Part shown: positions 1-8,838 of the stretch, piece by piece | How positions within the stretch are numbered: the stretch's first letter is position 1 | Layout of the letters: each line of letters starts with the position of its first letter | Virus record (IMG/VR): IMGVR_UViG_3300020577_012950 | Location: 1 to 36,116 of that record | Reading direction: 5' to 3' (one strand) | DNA length: 36,116 nucleotides | Origin: a virus | Made by a program: the position numbers and the translations under genes | Notes under the pieces: model-generated | The model's input: only the letters and a program-made list of their open reading frames with translations | What the model was told of the DNA's origin: nothing | Database searches by the model: none

Positions 1-805
1 CGTGTACGCCCGCCGACTTGATGAAGACCTTGTCCTGGGTGGTGATGGAGCAGGTGCTGCCACCGTCGATGCTGATGTCGCTGCCGACGTCGAAGTGTAG
101 CTTGCCGTTAACTTTGACATGCCACTTGTCGTCAGCCAGGAAGTCGACGGTCCTGTTCTTGTGGTCGAGGTGCAGGAACTGCTTCTCGTCCTTCGTGTAG
201 GCCTTGATGCCGCCTTCCTTCGTGAAGATGACGGTGGAGCCACTGGTCTCATCAGCGTCATCGTCTTTTCCACTGGACAGCTTGCCACTGATGGTCGTGG
301 GACCACGGTGAACGATTTTTAGCTCGCCGTCCTTGTTGATGTCGGCTTTGATTCCGTTGAACTCGAAGCTGTAGTGATGGTCGTGGCTGTCGCCGCCGCT
401 GTCGTCACGGATGCCACCGACAATGAAAGCCTGGCCGGCGTTGCCGCCGACGCAGAGGATCAGGACCTTGGCTCCAGTGGTGGAGGTTTTGGTTCCCTGA
501 GGCGTGCTATCGTCGCTTCTCAGCGTGAAGTGGGTCTTGTCGGCGACTCCGCCGAGGCTGTTGACCAGCAGGCAATTCGAGAACCTGACAACGGTGACAG
601 GACCGCCGCCCTCGTGGTACTGGACGTCGACATTGTATTCGAGGTAGCGGCGGCTCATCGACCTGGGGCTGTCGACGGGGATGATTTCCTTCACCTCACC
701 CATCAGCAATTGGACGGTAGAGCCATGAAGGGCCGACTCTTCAGTCGTTCCCATGGAACGACCGCCGATGTAGTGAGGCCGAACACTACGATTGACGAAT
801 TCCAT
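1..805 (-). CDS. Baseplate central spike-like protein (gp5/gpV type), runs off the left edge
   Basis: Not in the ORF track. The ATG at 805 overlaps the upstream TAA and the frame is open to base 1 (MEFVNRSVRPHY...KVLILCVGGNAGQAFIVGGI...WHVKVNGKLHFDVGSDISIDGGSTCSITTQDKVFIKSAG). It has an OB-fold-like N-terminal part, then short beta-repeat-like segments, and lies right after the hub gene. Confidence 0.65.
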   Translation of the reverse strand, partial: MEFVNRSVRPHYIGGRSMGTTEESALHGSTVQLLMGEVKEIIPVDSPRSMSRRYLEYNVDVQYHEGGGPVTVVRFSNCLLVNSLGGVADKTHFTLRSDDSTPQGTKTSTTGAKVLILCVGGNAGQAFIVGGIRDDSGGDSHDHHYSFEFNGIKADINKDGELKIVHRGPTTISGKLSSGKDDDADETSGSTVIFTKEGGIKAYTKDEKQFLHLDHKNRTVDFLADDKWHVKVNGKLHFDVGSDISIDGGSTCSITTQDKVFIKSAGVH

Positions 806-2841
806 TAGTCGACCTCGTCGACAACCAGGATGCCCGGTTCCAGGATCCGATTGTCTTCAGCGTTGAGTCCTGAGTACAGGTAGATGTCCAGATTTTCCCC
901 GGCTTGACCTACGTCCAGCTGCTTCCCGTTGCTCTTTTCTGTCTGAGCAGTTTCAAAAGCCTTTTGACCGTAGCGGTCGGCAAAGTTCGCCCTGGCCTCC
1001 TGGTCCTTCCCCGCCGCCACCTTCTCCCCGATTTCGACGAGGTCTTTCCTGAGGTGGGCTGCGCCGCGTCGTTGCTGCCGTTCGGGGCTAAACTTCTCCA
1101 CCGCCTTGGGAATGTCGGCCCGGACGCCATGGGTCAGGGTGAGTTGGGTGGTGAAGGTCTTGGCACCATCGGGTGAAATGGAGGCGTGGTGGTTCACCGA
1201 TTCGATGTGGTAGAGGATGTCGTCGTACTCAAAGTTGTCGCCGGGGACGATGGGCAGGGTGCAGCCGACCAGGGACACCATTCCAGTCAACATCATGTGC
1301 TGGCCGAGCAGCATGTCGGACTTCAGCGCCATCCACTGTCCAGGTCCACCCTTCTCGGCTTCGATGGCAGCTGCCTGAATCGTAGCCATGTGCGGTCGAA
1401 GGCCATGTCTCTTGACGTCGACGGGGTCGCTGATTGGGGGCCAGTTCACAATCTGATAGGCCTGGGCGCTGATTTGGGTCTTCTTGCTGGGCTGGGCGTA
1501 GATGTGGATGTAGTTGGTCCGGGCTCCATCGCTGCGGCCGATGTCCAGGCTGCGAATCAAGACGTCGTCCGCAACCCAGCGCGGCAGCTCGTGGTACCCA
1601 GTCACCTCCTGGCTCATTCTGTCAACAAAGAGAGGGGAAGAGAAGGGTAGCTGCCTGACGACAAGCGTCGGCATCACCTTGCCGTCTGGGGTGTACTTGA
1701 CAGCAGTGTACATCTCGTTGATGGCCGGGTTCAGGTACTCGTTGAGGAGGTTCCAGACGGACTTCCCGTCGAAGCTGGTCGGCACTGGCAGGAACAGACC
1801 CTTCAGGGGCACGTTCGTGTAGTGCCGGCTGGTGGAGATGTCTCCGTTTGGACCGGTCCCTCTTGGGAAGAAGACCCCGGGGAACTCCTCTTGCTCGTAC
1901 TTCTGAAGACCCTGAATGACGTGGAGGATGTCAGCGTAGCTGTAGCAGGCCTTCGATGGAGTCTTCACTCCAAGCAAGTTCGCGACGGCGCTCGGAATGA
2001 CGTACGCGAACGGAGCTTCTTTCGAGGCGATGGCTGCACCGGCGGCGCGACCCTCGATTTTGCTGTTGTCGGCTGCCGGACCAGACAGACCCTTGCCGAG
2101 GAAGGAGTCAATCAGAGCCGGGATGACGAGGTTGATGTCAACGCCGCCCTTGCCGTTTGACTCTCGGGCACCAACGGCGAAGATGTCCTTCATGGCGATG
2201 TTCATGTCCTGAAGGAATCGAGCCAGGTACTCTTCGCGACGCGCCAGGGCCGGGTCGAAGAACACTCCTGAGTCCAGCTCTCCAAACCCTACTCCGGACA
2301 GATTGTACTGGACGGTTCTGACCCCTGTCGGACTTTGAACCAGGACTTTTCGCATGTCCTGAACCCGACCGATGAACTTGAGTCCGTCGTCGAAACCGTT
2401 GGCCGACTCGTTGGCGTTCAGCTTGTTGATGACCTCCTTGTACTTCTCCTTGGAGTTCATCATCCAGCACATGATCCAATCGCCGGGGATGATGCCGGAC
2501 AGGAACTCGAAGGACCCGGGCTTCAGGGACGCGCTCAGCTGCTGCGTGAAGTTGCCCTTGCTGCTGGTGATGTCCATGTTGACAATGGAGCTGGTAATCA
2601 GTAGCGGCTGGCGGGTGTCGGTGAGCTTGAAGCTGTCATCGTCCTGGCTGACATCGCCACTGCTGAAGGCTGTGCGTTCGGCGAGGCGCTGCTTGCTGCT
2701 GGTGACGGGCTCCCGGTACCGAATCACCATCATCACCCAGTGCGGGTTGACGCTGATGTAGTCGCGTCCTCCGGACTGAAAGACTTGGAAGGCTCCGTCG
2801 GCCTTGGTCTGGAACTCGTCGATGAGGTTGTAGGATCCCAT
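805..2841 (-). CDS. Baseplate hub-like tail protein
   Basis: 678 aa ORF directly after the tape measure gene. Its C-terminal PGDNFEYDDILYHIESVNH..FTTQLTL resembles hub (gp27/VgrG-like) C-termini. Confidence 0.6.
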   Translation of the reverse strand: MGSYNLIDEFQTKADGAFQVFQSGGRDYISVNPHWVMMVIRYREPVTSSKQRLAERTAFSSGDVSQDDDSFKLTDTRQPLLITSSIVNMDITSSKGNFTQQLSASLKPGSFEFLSGIIPGDWIMCWMMNSKEKYKEVINKLNANESANGFDDGLKFIGRVQDMRKVLVQSPTGVRTVQYNLSGVGFGELDSGVFFDPALARREEYLARFLQDMNIAMKDIFAVGARESNGKGGVDINLVIPALIDSFLGKGLSGPAADNSKIEGRAAGAAIASKEAPFAYVIPSAVANLLGVKTPSKACYSYADILHVIQGLQKYEQEEFPGVFFPRGTGPNGDISTSRHYTNVPLKGLFLPVPTSFDGKSVWNLLNEYLNPAINEMYTAVKYTPDGKVMPTLVVRQLPFSSPLFVDRMSQEVTGYHELPRWVADDVLIRSLDIGRSDGARTNYIHIYAQPSKKTQISAQAYQIVNWPPISDPVDVKRHGLRPHMATIQAAAIEAEKGGPGQWMALKSDMLLGQHMMLTGMVSLVGCTLPIVPGDNFEYDDILYHIESVNHHASISPDGAKTFTTQLTLTHGVRADIPKAVEKFSPERQQRRGAAHLRKDLVEIGEKVAAGKDQEARANFADRYGQKAFETAQTEKSNGKQLDVGQAGENLDIYLYSGLNAEDNRILEPGILVVDEVD

Positions 2842-5309
2842 TAGAAGGTGTGTCCCGTAGGTTTGTTTTCCAGCTCTTCCTGCTTCTTGGTGGTCTGACG
2901 CTTGGCTTCAGCTGAGGCGCGCCGGCCCAGGTCCTGGAGGTATTCGTCCGCCTGCTGACCAGAGGCATCGGGGTGGCTGCGGAAGAAATCGGTGACCTGG
3001 AGCCGCTGCTGAGCGGACAGCGGGTCATTGGCATCTTTGTGACGCTGTTCGAAAGCACCCATGGCGTTGTTCGATTTTACGGCCCGTTCCGTCGCCGCGA
3101 ATTCCGCAGTGAGCTTGGCGGCTTGGTCTGCAAGCAGCTTCATCTGCTGCCGAGCCATTTCAATTTCAGCGACACCGCCGCTGCCGGCTTTACCGCCACC
3201 GCCCTTTGCCCCGGCACCCGAACCAAGAATATCGCGGGCCGTGCCCATGGCAGCATCCGGGGCCATGTCTCCGTCAGCGTTGGAGAGGGCACCGCCATAG
3301 CCGGCAGTGAAGGACTCCGCAGTGAAGGCCTTGCCGTTCTGGTCTTTGAGACCCTTCCACTTGCCGCTCTTGAAGAACTCCCTCGGGTCCATTCCAGATG
3401 CAGTGATGGCGCGGGTAACGATTCCGGCGTCAGTCTTACCCATCGCCTCACCACTGACACCTTCCAGCAGACTTCCGGTGACGCCCTTGAAGTACCTGGC
3501 CGCATCCTGCTTCTTCCCGCCGACGGCATTGAAGATGGCTGAGGCGTCACCACCCTTGCCTTCGGCAGCGTCAGCCACTTCGCTGAGGCTCATCTTCGAA
3601 GCCAGAAAGCCCTGGCCGTACATGTTGATGCCAGGAGCGGCCTCGCCGGCGATCATGAAGTTGCGGGCCTGCTGGTACGGGCTGGTCTGACCAGACAGAG
3701 CCCTCTGCAGGTAGTCGGCGCCCTTCACGTTCTGCTCGGCCACCAGGCGGCCACCAGGGCCCCGGGTGCCACGGCTCAGCATCTCCATGAGACCTTGGCC
3801 TTGGTACTGGCCATCGGCTGCACCGGTATTGAGCCCGAGTCGGTCCTGCTGGGCCGCCACGTAGGACGTCAGCAGACCCACGGTAGAGGCGTCAATACCA
3901 CCGCCACCAGCCATCTGACGCATTGAGTCGCTGAAAGCTGAACCACCACCGAACTTGGACATCACGCCGACAGAGTGGGCGGCGCCACCAATGCCGGCGG
4001 CCGTCGCGTGCATGACTCCGCCCTGGAGCCGGTGGGCTGCGTTTCGGGTTCCGGAGCCACTGATGCCCTGGAACGCAGCCGAGATTTCTCCGTCATCAAA
4101 GGCGGAGTAGGCAGCGCGATGCCTGGCCAGGGCCTGGTATCCGTTCTCACCATGCCGTGCCCCGACCCCCATGCCTCTCATGGAGCCGAGCGTTGCCCGG
4201 AAGTTCTGTTGGTCGCCGAGAATCGCGTCAGCCAGGGGGTCGGTCTGGCGCTGCATCTCGATTTGAGCATTGCGACGGGCCTTCGTCGCCTGGTCAGCGG
4301 CGCGACCATTCGCAATGTCGTCCCAGTCACCTCTGAAGAAGGCTCCGACTCCCGACTTGGCTCGACGCCAGCCGCTGTCCAGGGTCTCGTAGTCCTCACG
4401 TTTGGAGGGGTCACTGAGAATCGCCTGTTCAGCAGCCTTGTTCCGGTACTCTCCACCTCTCAACTCAAGACTGCGCTGAGCCAGCATGGTAGCCTGTCGG
4501 CTGTCGGAGGTCAGGTACTGGTCCGGAGCCCCGTCGATTTGCTTGTAGATGTTCTTAATGCCCCAGGCGCCAGCTGCGGCAATGCCGGCTCCACCGAGCA
4601 TGGCCGGGCTAATCCCCAGTCCGCCCATGAGCTGGCCCAGGGCACTCTTGCTCATCATCTCAGAAGCACCTTCGGGGAGAATGGAGCGGGGTCGAGTCAG
4701 TCGGCTGAAGAGGCTCTCCTTGGCTGCGGCACCCGCCTCAGGAAGGGCGGGACCGTACTGCTTCTCCATCAGCTGCTCTTCAGACTTCTGCAACGACGCC
4801 AGCTCGGTCTTGGCCTTCTGGACGGCTTTGGTCACAGCCAGAATCTTCGTCTGAATCTGCTCGCTGAAGCTGCCGCCGGCGGCACCACCGGCCTTCTCGT
4901 AGAGTTTGATAAGCCCGTTCAGGTCGTTGTTCAGCTTGCCGATTTCACCATGCTGCTGGACCATGCCCCTTTGCAGGGCCTCGGTCATGACCTTGATGGC
5001 AGCTCCGCCCTCTTGGCCAACCTTCTTAAAGACGTCGACGTTCTGTGCCAGCACGGAGGCGAAGCTGGTGGTCTGGTTCGAGGTACCAACCTTGGAGCCG
5101 AGGGTGGAGGCGCTACTCTGGGGCTTGCCGACGCCACCGCCAGACAGCATACCCATGCCACCACCGCCACCGAGTCCACCAACCCCCTTCAGGGTGTTGG
5201 CAAGCTCTTTGGCGCGAGAAATCAGCTGGTCGAAGACGCGGTTGACCTGGCGTGCCGACGCCTCATCAACCACGAACTTGAATCGTACGGACTTGCCTTC
5301 TTCAGACAT
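2841..5309 (-). CDS. Tail tape measure protein
   Basis: 822 aa, Ala/Gly-rich and helical, located between the chaperone-like genes and the hub gene. Confidence 0.7.
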   Translation of the reverse strand: MSEEGKSVRFKFVVDEASARQVNRVFDQLISRAKELANTLKGVGGLGGGGGMGMLSGGGVGKPQSSASTLGSKVGTSNQTTSFASVLAQNVDVFKKVGQEGGAAIKVMTEALQRGMVQQHGEIGKLNNDLNGLIKLYEKAGGAAGGSFSEQIQTKILAVTKAVQKAKTELASLQKSEEQLMEKQYGPALPEAGAAAKESLFSRLTRPRSILPEGASEMMSKSALGQLMGGLGISPAMLGGAGIAAAGAWGIKNIYKQIDGAPDQYLTSDSRQATMLAQRSLELRGGEYRNKAAEQAILSDPSKREDYETLDSGWRRAKSGVGAFFRGDWDDIANGRAADQATKARRNAQIEMQRQTDPLADAILGDQQNFRATLGSMRGMGVGARHGENGYQALARHRAAYSAFDDGEISAAFQGISGSGTRNAAHRLQGGVMHATAAGIGGAAHSVGVMSKFGGGSAFSDSMRQMAGGGGIDASTVGLLTSYVAAQQDRLGLNTGAADGQYQGQGLMEMLSRGTRGPGGRLVAEQNVKGADYLQRALSGQTSPYQQARNFMIAGEAAPGINMYGQGFLASKMSLSEVADAAEGKGGDASAIFNAVGGKKQDAARYFKGVTGSLLEGVSGEAMGKTDAGIVTRAITASGMDPREFFKSGKWKGLKDQNGKAFTAESFTAGYGGALSNADGDMAPDAAMGTARDILGSGAGAKGGGGKAGSGGVAEIEMARQQMKLLADQAAKLTAEFAATERAVKSNNAMGAFEQRHKDANDPLSAQQRLQVTDFFRSHPDASGQQADEYLQDLGRRASAEAKRQTTKKQEELENKPTGHTF

Positions 5310-5803
5310 TACGCCACCTTGCGAGCTTTAGCTCGGGCTGAGGTTCTGATTCGGTGGCAACAGGCGCACACCACTTCACATTTTGCGACCTCTGTTTGAA
5401 TCATCTCCAGAGGTCTTAGCTCGTAAACCATCGTAGACACAGCCGCGATCTTCTTCCCCCGGACGTGATCAAGATCCATAGCTACCACCGGGAAACGCCG
5501 CTTGCAGTCTGCGCAGGGCACACTCTTGATCGAATCGAGATACGCAACCAGGGCGGGGAGTTTCGCAGCTTTTCGTCTTGCCACTGCCGCCTTGACTTGA
5601 CCAGCATTGGCTACGTAGTAGCGCTTGAGGCCGTTCGCTACTTCTCGCGGTTTGTTCTGTCGGCGGGCTGCGGCACGGTCCCTAGCAGGGCCAGGATTTG
5701 CTTTGTATTTGGCGGCCTTATGAGCGGAGACACAAGGCACACAGACCCCGTGCCGGGGGTAGAACTCGGCCTCAGTGGGCCCACATTTAGAGCAGGTTTT
5801 CAT
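5309..5803 (-). CDS. HNH-type (His-Cys) endonuclease, probably a free-standing homing endonuclease
   Basis: Start at MKTCSKC. N-terminal CxxC..CxxC and C-terminal PCADC..DLDHVRG..CEVVCACCHRIRT motifs. Codon usage looks more A/T-rich than in the neighbours. Confidence 0.7.
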   Translation of the reverse strand: MKTCSKCGPTEAEFYPRHGVCVPCVSAHKAAKYKANPGPARDRAAARRQNKPREVANGLKRYYVANAGQVKAAVARRKAAKLPALVAYLDSIKSVPCADCKRRFPVVAMDLDHVRGKKIAAVSTMVYELRPLEMIQTEVAKCEVVCACCHRIRTSARAKARKVA

Positions 5804-5810
5804 CGGAGAT

Positions 5811-6356
5811 TTACTTTGAAGATTGCGACCTGGGGCCACTTTCCTGCTGGAGCATCTCCTCGAAGCTGTCAGCTGAGACGAACTTCATCTCGATGTCCGG
5901 CGGCAACTCCTTCAAATCCTTCAGGGCAGTGCCCGCCTTGACGGTCGGCAGCTGTGTCTCCGGAACAGGTCCAGACTTGAAGCGCTGCTCCTCCTGGACC
6001 TTGATGTCGGCCAGCTTCTTCTTGGCAGCTCGTCGTGCATCGTCTTTGGCGGCCTGCTCGGCAAAGGTGAAAGCTTCGGCTCGCTCCACGTCTTTGGCCC
6101 TGGCCTTCCGGGTTCTTTCCTCGGGGGTCTCCAAGAGGTCCTGGATTTCCCGTTCCCGTTCGCCTTCGTCCATCTCTTCGTAGCGGTGCTCGAAGTAGGC
6201 AGTCAGCACGTCTTCCAAGTCCAGGTCCACGACTTGATGCAGCGGCGTGTGGAAGGTCTGGCTGTACCAGCGGAAGACGTGGCGCTGCCAGGCCTCTGGA
6301 TCTCGGTTCTTCACCGCATCCATGGCCTGGAGCTGAAGTGCGACGAAGTAGTTCAA
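5811..6356 (-). CDS. Putative tail assembly chaperone (second/pre-tape-measure chaperone)
   Basis: TTG start with GGAG 6 nt upstream; charged helical protein located before the tape measure gene. Confidence 0.5.
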   Translation of the reverse strand: MNYFVALQLQAMDAVKNRDPEAWQRHVFRWYSQTFHTPLHQVVDLDLEDVLTAYFEHRYEEMDEGEREREIQDLLETPEERTRKARAKDVERAEAFTFAEQAAKDDARRAAKKKLADIKVQEEQRFKSGPVPETQLPTVKAGTALKDLKELPPDIEMKFVSADSFEEMLQQESGPRSQSSK

Positions 6357-6359
6357 ATC

Positions 6360-6563
6360 CTACTCCGGCTTGACCTTGTCGAAGTTCCCGATGATGTCTT
6401 GGACTTCGATTTCCACCTCATCGGGGTAGATTTCGAGCGTGACCACGGACAGTCCACGAGCCGACGCCTCGAACTTTACAGCCCTGCAGTTGAGGAGCTG
6501 CTTGTCGTCGACGTAGACCTTCGTGCCCGCTCCCGTCTTGCCGCCCGCGATTCTGAGTTTCAT
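6360..6563 (-). CDS. Hypothetical protein (67 aa)
   Basis: Compact ORF between the two chaperone-like genes, in operon spacing. Confidence 0.65.
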   Translation of the reverse strand: MKLRIAGGKTGAGTKVYVDDKQLLNCRAVKFEASARGLSVVTLEIYPDEVEIEVQDIIGNFDKVKPE

Positions 6564-6568
6564 AGCTC

Positions 6569-6952
6569 TTACCCGGCCTTCAGGGCTTCTGCGGCTTTGA
6601 CGCCGGCAGCCTTCACGGCGTCGATGTGCTCTTTCTCGATGCGGACGATTTCATCGTACACCTTCACGATGGGCTCTTCGTCCAGAAGCTCGATGCCGTT
6701 CTGGGCATCCTTCCACCAGGACGGAGCCTCAATCAGGTGCGCCCAGATTTTCGAGTACACAGAGGCGGTGCTGGAGGCGGCCTGGCTGGGTTCGGCGTTC
6801 TTCGGACCACCGCCGAGGAGATCGCGGCGAATCTGGTCTTGCTGGAGGACCTCGCGGGGGTTGAGCCGGGGCTTGACCTTGAAGACGCCCTTGAAGACCT
6901 CTCCGCTGGTACCGGTGACGTTGATGCTGAATTCGACAGGAATGATGGGCAT
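6569..6952 (-). CDS. Putative tail assembly chaperone
   Basis: 127 aa with a GGAG RBS; its size and position upstream of the tape measure fit a chaperone. Confidence 0.55.
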   Translation of the reverse strand: MPIIPVEFSINVTGTSGEVFKGVFKVKPRLNPREVLQQDQIRRDLLGGGPKNAEPSQAASSTASVYSKIWAHLIEAPSWWKDAQNGIELLDEEPIVKVYDEIVRIEKEHIDAVKAAGVKAAEALKAG

Positions 6953-7031
6953 TTGCGTGACTCCGTTTGGGTTTTGCGGACCTGGGACTCTGCGTCGACC
7001 TCGGCCTACCCGAGAAAGATTAGGAGCGTGC

Positions 7032-7105
7032 TTGACAGGGCGTGGATCTCCAAGGTAGAGATTCTACCACGCCGCTGTTGACAGCGGTCCAAGTCGTGGT
7101 ACAAG
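7032..7105 (+). promoter_or_regulatory. Tandem sigma70-like promoters for the plus-strand block
   Basis: TTGACA(7032)-N18-TAGAGA and TTGACA(7078)-N16-TACAAG. Confidence 0.5.
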
Positions 7106-7147
7106 CCCTTCCAGCAGATCCCAACCTCGCAGTCCCAGGAGCTATTC

Positions 7148-8557
7148 ATGGCCAAGATCAACTTCGTCGTCTCCAAGCCCCGCCCGCAGATGCAGTACGC
7201 CTCCGACCCGCTGACTGAGGCCAAGCGCCACATCGACCAGCTGCAGCAGCACATCAACCAGCAGCAGGCCTCGCTGGTCGAGCAGGACAAGACCCTGCGC
7301 ATGCTCATGGAGGCGCCGTACATCCGCGCCACCGTCCTGGCCGTCTCCCAGGCCGGCGAGAACCGGACCATGATTCTCATGACGCCGGCGGGTCTCACGG
7401 AGATGCTGGTCCCGGATCGGACCTGGAAGCCGAAGCCCGGGCAGGTCGTGCGCCTCAACGCCAAGACCATGACCGTGGCCGAGCTGGTGGAGGAGCCGGA
7501 GCTGACCGGCAACATCTTCACGGTTGCCGCCGTCCTCGACCCGAAGACCGTGGAGATCGACTTCAACCAGACCCGCCGCACCGTCCGCGTCGACTTCCCG
7601 GCCGAGAAGGGTGAGCGCCTCCTCGTCGACTCCACGAACAGCTACGGCCTCAAGAACCTCGGCAAGCCCGTGGAGAACTTCCAGGCCAACGTGGAAGCCA
7701 TCACCACGACCTGGTCGGACATCGGCGGCCAGCGGGCGGCCAAGACCGAGATGCAGGAGGCCATCGAAGGCCCCATCCAGAACCGGGAAATCTTCAAGGC
7801 CTACGGGAAGAAGGCCGTCAAGGGCATCCTCCTCTACGGACCCCCGGGCTGCGGCAAGACTCTCCTGGCCAAGGCGGCGGCCAACAGCCTGGCCAAGCTC
7901 CACGGCAAGTCCACGGCCACCGGCTTCATCTACGTGAAGGGGCCGGAAATCCTCAGCAAGTGGGTCGGCCAGTCCGAGGAGACCATCCGGAACCTGTTCG
8001 CCCGCGCCCGCGACCACTACAAGGCCGAGGGCTACCCGGCGGTGCTCTTCATCGACGAGGCCGACGCCATCCTCGGCAACCGCGCCAGCCAGGGCCAGCT
8101 CATGGGCATGGAGAAGACCATCGTGCCGATGTTCCTGGCCGAGATGGACGGTCTCGACGAGAACGGACCGCTGGTGCTGCTCGCCACGAACCGCAGCGAC
8201 AGCCTGGACCCGGCCGTGGTCCGCGACGGCCGCGTGGACCGGAAAATCGAAGTCCAGCGCCCCACCGAAGAGGACGCCGTGGAAATCTTCAGCATGTACC
8301 TGCGGAACAAGCCGGTCTGCGAAGCCACCAAGCCGGAGTTCGCGGCGGCCTTCGCGAAGGCCCTGTACGCGGCTCCCCTGCTGAAGGTCCGCAGCTGCGG
8401 CGCCCTCATCTCGGGTCTCGTCGACCAGGCCGTATCCGTGGCCATGCGCCGGGACATCGCCGCCGGCACCAAGAAGGCCACGGGCCTCACCTACGCGGAC
8501 ATCCAGGAGGCCGTGAAGGTGACCGAGAAGCAGAACCTGGCGGTGCGCAATGGCTGA
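7148..8557 (+). CDS. AAA+ ATPase, proteasome-ATPase (ARC/Mpa/PAN)-like
   Basis: N-terminal coiled coil and beta-rich OB-like region, Walker A GPPGCGKT, pore loop KGPEILSKWVGQSE, Walker B VLFIDEAD, TIVPMFLAEMDG and SRH ATNRSDSLDPAVVRDGR. Confidence 0.9.
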   Translation: MAKINFVVSKPRPQMQYASDPLTEAKRHIDQLQQHINQQQASLVEQDKTLRMLMEAPYIRATVLAVSQAGENRTMILMTPAGLTEMLVPDRTWKPKPGQVVRLNAKTMTVAELVEEPELTGNIFTVAAVLDPKTVEIDFNQTRRTVRVDFPAEKGERLLVDSTNSYGLKNLGKPVENFQANVEAITTTWSDIGGQRAAKTEMQEAIEGPIQNREIFKAYGKKAVKGILLYGPPGCGKTLLAKAAANSLAKLHGKSTATGFIYVKGPEILSKWVGQSEETIRNLFARARDHYKAEGYPAVLFIDEADAILGNRASQGQLMGMEKTIVPMFLAEMDGLDENGPLVLLATNRSDSLDPAVVRDGRVDRKIEVQRPTEEDAVEIFSMYLRNKPVCEATKPEFAAAFAKALYAAPLLKVRSCGALISGLVDQAVSVAMRRDIAAGTKKATGLTYADIQEAVKVTEKQNLAVRNG

Positions 8558-8768
8558 GCCGAAAGACGGTGGTCAGACCCAGCTGCCCGGGGCTCCGGCC
8601 CTGGGCACGGCCCCGGCCGCTCAGGCCTGGCCGGACGTGAAGGTCCAGATTCCGGTCCTGCCGGCTCTGGCTCCGGAGCTGTCTGCTCCTCCGGAGGAGC
8701 AAGAGGACCAGGAACAGGAGCAGTACCAAAAGCCCAAGCCGTGTCCGAACTGTGGCTCGTACCACTAA
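8550..8768 (+). CDS. Small Pro/Glu/Gln-rich protein with C-terminal CPNC
   Basis: Overlaps the ATPase stop and ends just before the next promoter. Confidence 0.6.
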   Translation: MAEPKDGGQTQLPGAPALGTAPAAQAWPDVKVQIPVLPALAPELSAPPEEQEDQEQEQYQKPKPCPNCGSYH

Positions 8769-8772
8769 GCTG

Positions 8773-8802
8773 TTGACGCATCGATCCACTCTCCGCTACA
8801 AT
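8773..8802 (+). promoter_or_regulatory. sigma70-like promoter of the Ro60/ncRNA unit
   Basis: TTGACG-N18-TACAAT, followed by AGAGGA RBS and the ATG at 8839. Confidence 0.75.
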
Positions 8803-8838
8803 CCACAAACACCGTCGTCGCCCCAGAGGAAACCAACC

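Noticed and set aside
3975-5399. Long antisense ORFs (also 7142-8017, 8491-9630, 15827-17185, 17182-18369, 28700-29995)
   Set aside because: These are shadow frames of real high-GC3 genes on the opposite strand.
8550-8768. Pup/UBact-like modifier next to the ARC-like ATPase
   Set aside because: It lacks a C-terminal GGE/GGQ and ends in CGSYH.
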